From the NCBI GenBank assembly GCA_024137785.1, contig JAHRHZ010000018.1:31615515-31679514 (forward strand): a DNA stretch of 64,000 nucleotides, written 5' to 3'. The DNA comes from Ginglymostoma cirratum. Taxonomy: Eukaryota. The translations under genes were made by a program, and so were the position numbers. Below, one piece after another: positions 62,682-64,000 of this stretch (position 1 is its first letter; each line of letters begins with the position of its first letter). Under the pieces are notes generated by a model. It was given only the letters and a program-made list of their open reading frames with translations, ran no database searches and had not been told where the DNA came from.

Positions 62682-62795
62682 GGGGTCTTGTGGCACAGTG
62701 AGACCTATTGTGTTCCAACTCTGAGCCAGGAGACATGGGTTTAAGTTGTGTCTGCTCCAGAGGTTTGCAATAACTTCCCTGAGTAGATTGATAAT
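62682..62795 (+). mobile_element. Short tRNA-head SINE (2470-2587 family)
   Basis: GGGGTCTTGTGGCACAGTG...CTCTGAGCCAGGAGACATGGGTTTAAGT...CTGCTCCAGAGG. Confidence 0.55.
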
Positions 62796-62877
62796 GAAAC
62801 TATCTAGAAAGGAGAATTGGTGGCAGCAACCTATCCCAAAAATTAGCTGGTAGTACTTGGTCCGGCAGCACATAAAA

Positions 62878-62957
62878 CATAGAATCCTTACAGTGTGGAG
62901 GCAGGCCATTTGGCCCATCAAGTCCACCCTGCCCCTCCGTAGAGCATCCCACTCAGA
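62878..62957 (-). mobile_element. HE1-type SINE 3' fragment
   Basis: CATAGAATCCTTACAGTGTGGAGGCAGGCCATTTGGCCC. Confidence 0.7.
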
Positions 62958-63039
62958 AGTCCAGCGGGGATGGGATAATTTTGGTTGTAGGTGAGTAAAG
63001 TTAAAAATCTGTTAGACAAGGGGAAAATATTTACGTTAG

Positions 63040-63740
63040 CAGTGCTGAGGATCAGGCTGGGAAAGATAGGTGAATAAAGCCTGAGGGCATTGGGTTTATC
63101 ATTGGCCAGAAACTGAACTGAACTAGCTATATAAATACAATGGCTACAAGAGCAGGTGGGAGGCTAGGAATCCAGTAGTGAATAAATCACCTCTTGTCTC
63201 CAAAAAGCCTGTTCACCACCTACAAGGTGCAAGTCAGAAATATGATGGAATAGCCCCCCACCCCAGTTGCCTGGATGATTGCAGCTCCACTCAAGGAGCT
63301 TGACATCATCCAGGACAATGCAGCCCACTTTATTGACACTGCATCCACAAACATTCACTTCTACAACCAGTGATCACCAGCAGCAGTGTGTACTATCTAC
63401 AAGGTACACTGCAGAAATTCATCAAAGCTCCTTAGATAGCACCTTCCAAACTCATAACCACTTCCATCTAGAAGGACAAGGGTAGCAGAAACATGGGAGC
63501 CATTTGCATATTCCCCTTCAAGCCATCCACCATCCCGATTTGGAAATACATCCTTCAGTGCCGCTGGGTCAAAATCCTGGAACTCCTGCCCTAGCAGCAT
63601 AGTGGGTCTCCCTACAACACATGGACTGCAGCGGTTCAAGAAGGAAGCTTACCATCACCTTCTCTAGGGCAACTAGGAACTGGCAATAAGTACTGGCCCA
63701 GCCAGCGATGCCCACAACCCATCAATGAATTAAAATAAAG
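63040..63740 (+). mobile_element. CR1-like LINE 3' region
   Basis: TACAAGGTGCAAGTCAGAAATATGATGGAATA (YK.QVR.MME), with a 3' tail as at 2250-2350. Confidence 0.85.
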
Positions 63741-64000
63741 CTCACCAGGGAGACATCCACAGAAGCTAAATAAAGATATTCAATATGCTTAAAACATTGA
63801 AGCAAATCACTTTTAATCCACTTTTAACAATTTGAACCCAGATTTATCAGCTGAATGAGAATGAAGATTTTCTTGTATAAAATGAAGATGATCTGTATAT
63901 CTTTCCACGCAAGCCATGCCATCATTCATTGGTTCAGAACAAAGTTCAGAAGAAATTGCCTGGCTCAAAAGTCCAGGGTGCTGTAAATAAAAAAAGAAAG

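Overview
Repeat-rich non-coding eukaryotic DNA (intronic or intergenic, about 40% GC by eye), very probably from a shark or other cartilaginous fish. The taxon is inferred from multiple HE1-type V-SINEs and their HER1-type CR1 LINE partner. I could not support any host protein-coding exon, and nearly all ORF-track entries are decayed transposon fragments or antisense shadows. Content: CR1, Rex1, L2 and Tx1 LINE fragments; several tRNA-derived SINE families; decayed PIF/Harbinger transposase and Myb/SANT relics; a TA-flanked MITE; putative solo LTRs; a 23-bp minisatellite; a tRNA-Ser pseudogene; and one 100-N gap. The most informative biology is a Penelope-like element (PLE) system. One near-intact Neptune-type RT + GIY-YIG copy (38098-40554) has tail-out inverted pseudo-LTRs, a 13-bp TSD and minimal hammerhead ribozyme (HHR) motifs. 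About ten short (80-210 bp) pLTR-end insertions have 5' ends clustered at the HHR, and several carry their own TSDs. These include a double-HHR palindrome (2816-2896) and a TSD-bounded composite that carries about 170 bp of unrelated LINE DNA (24295-24704). Family names come from remembered consensus motifs, not from database searches.
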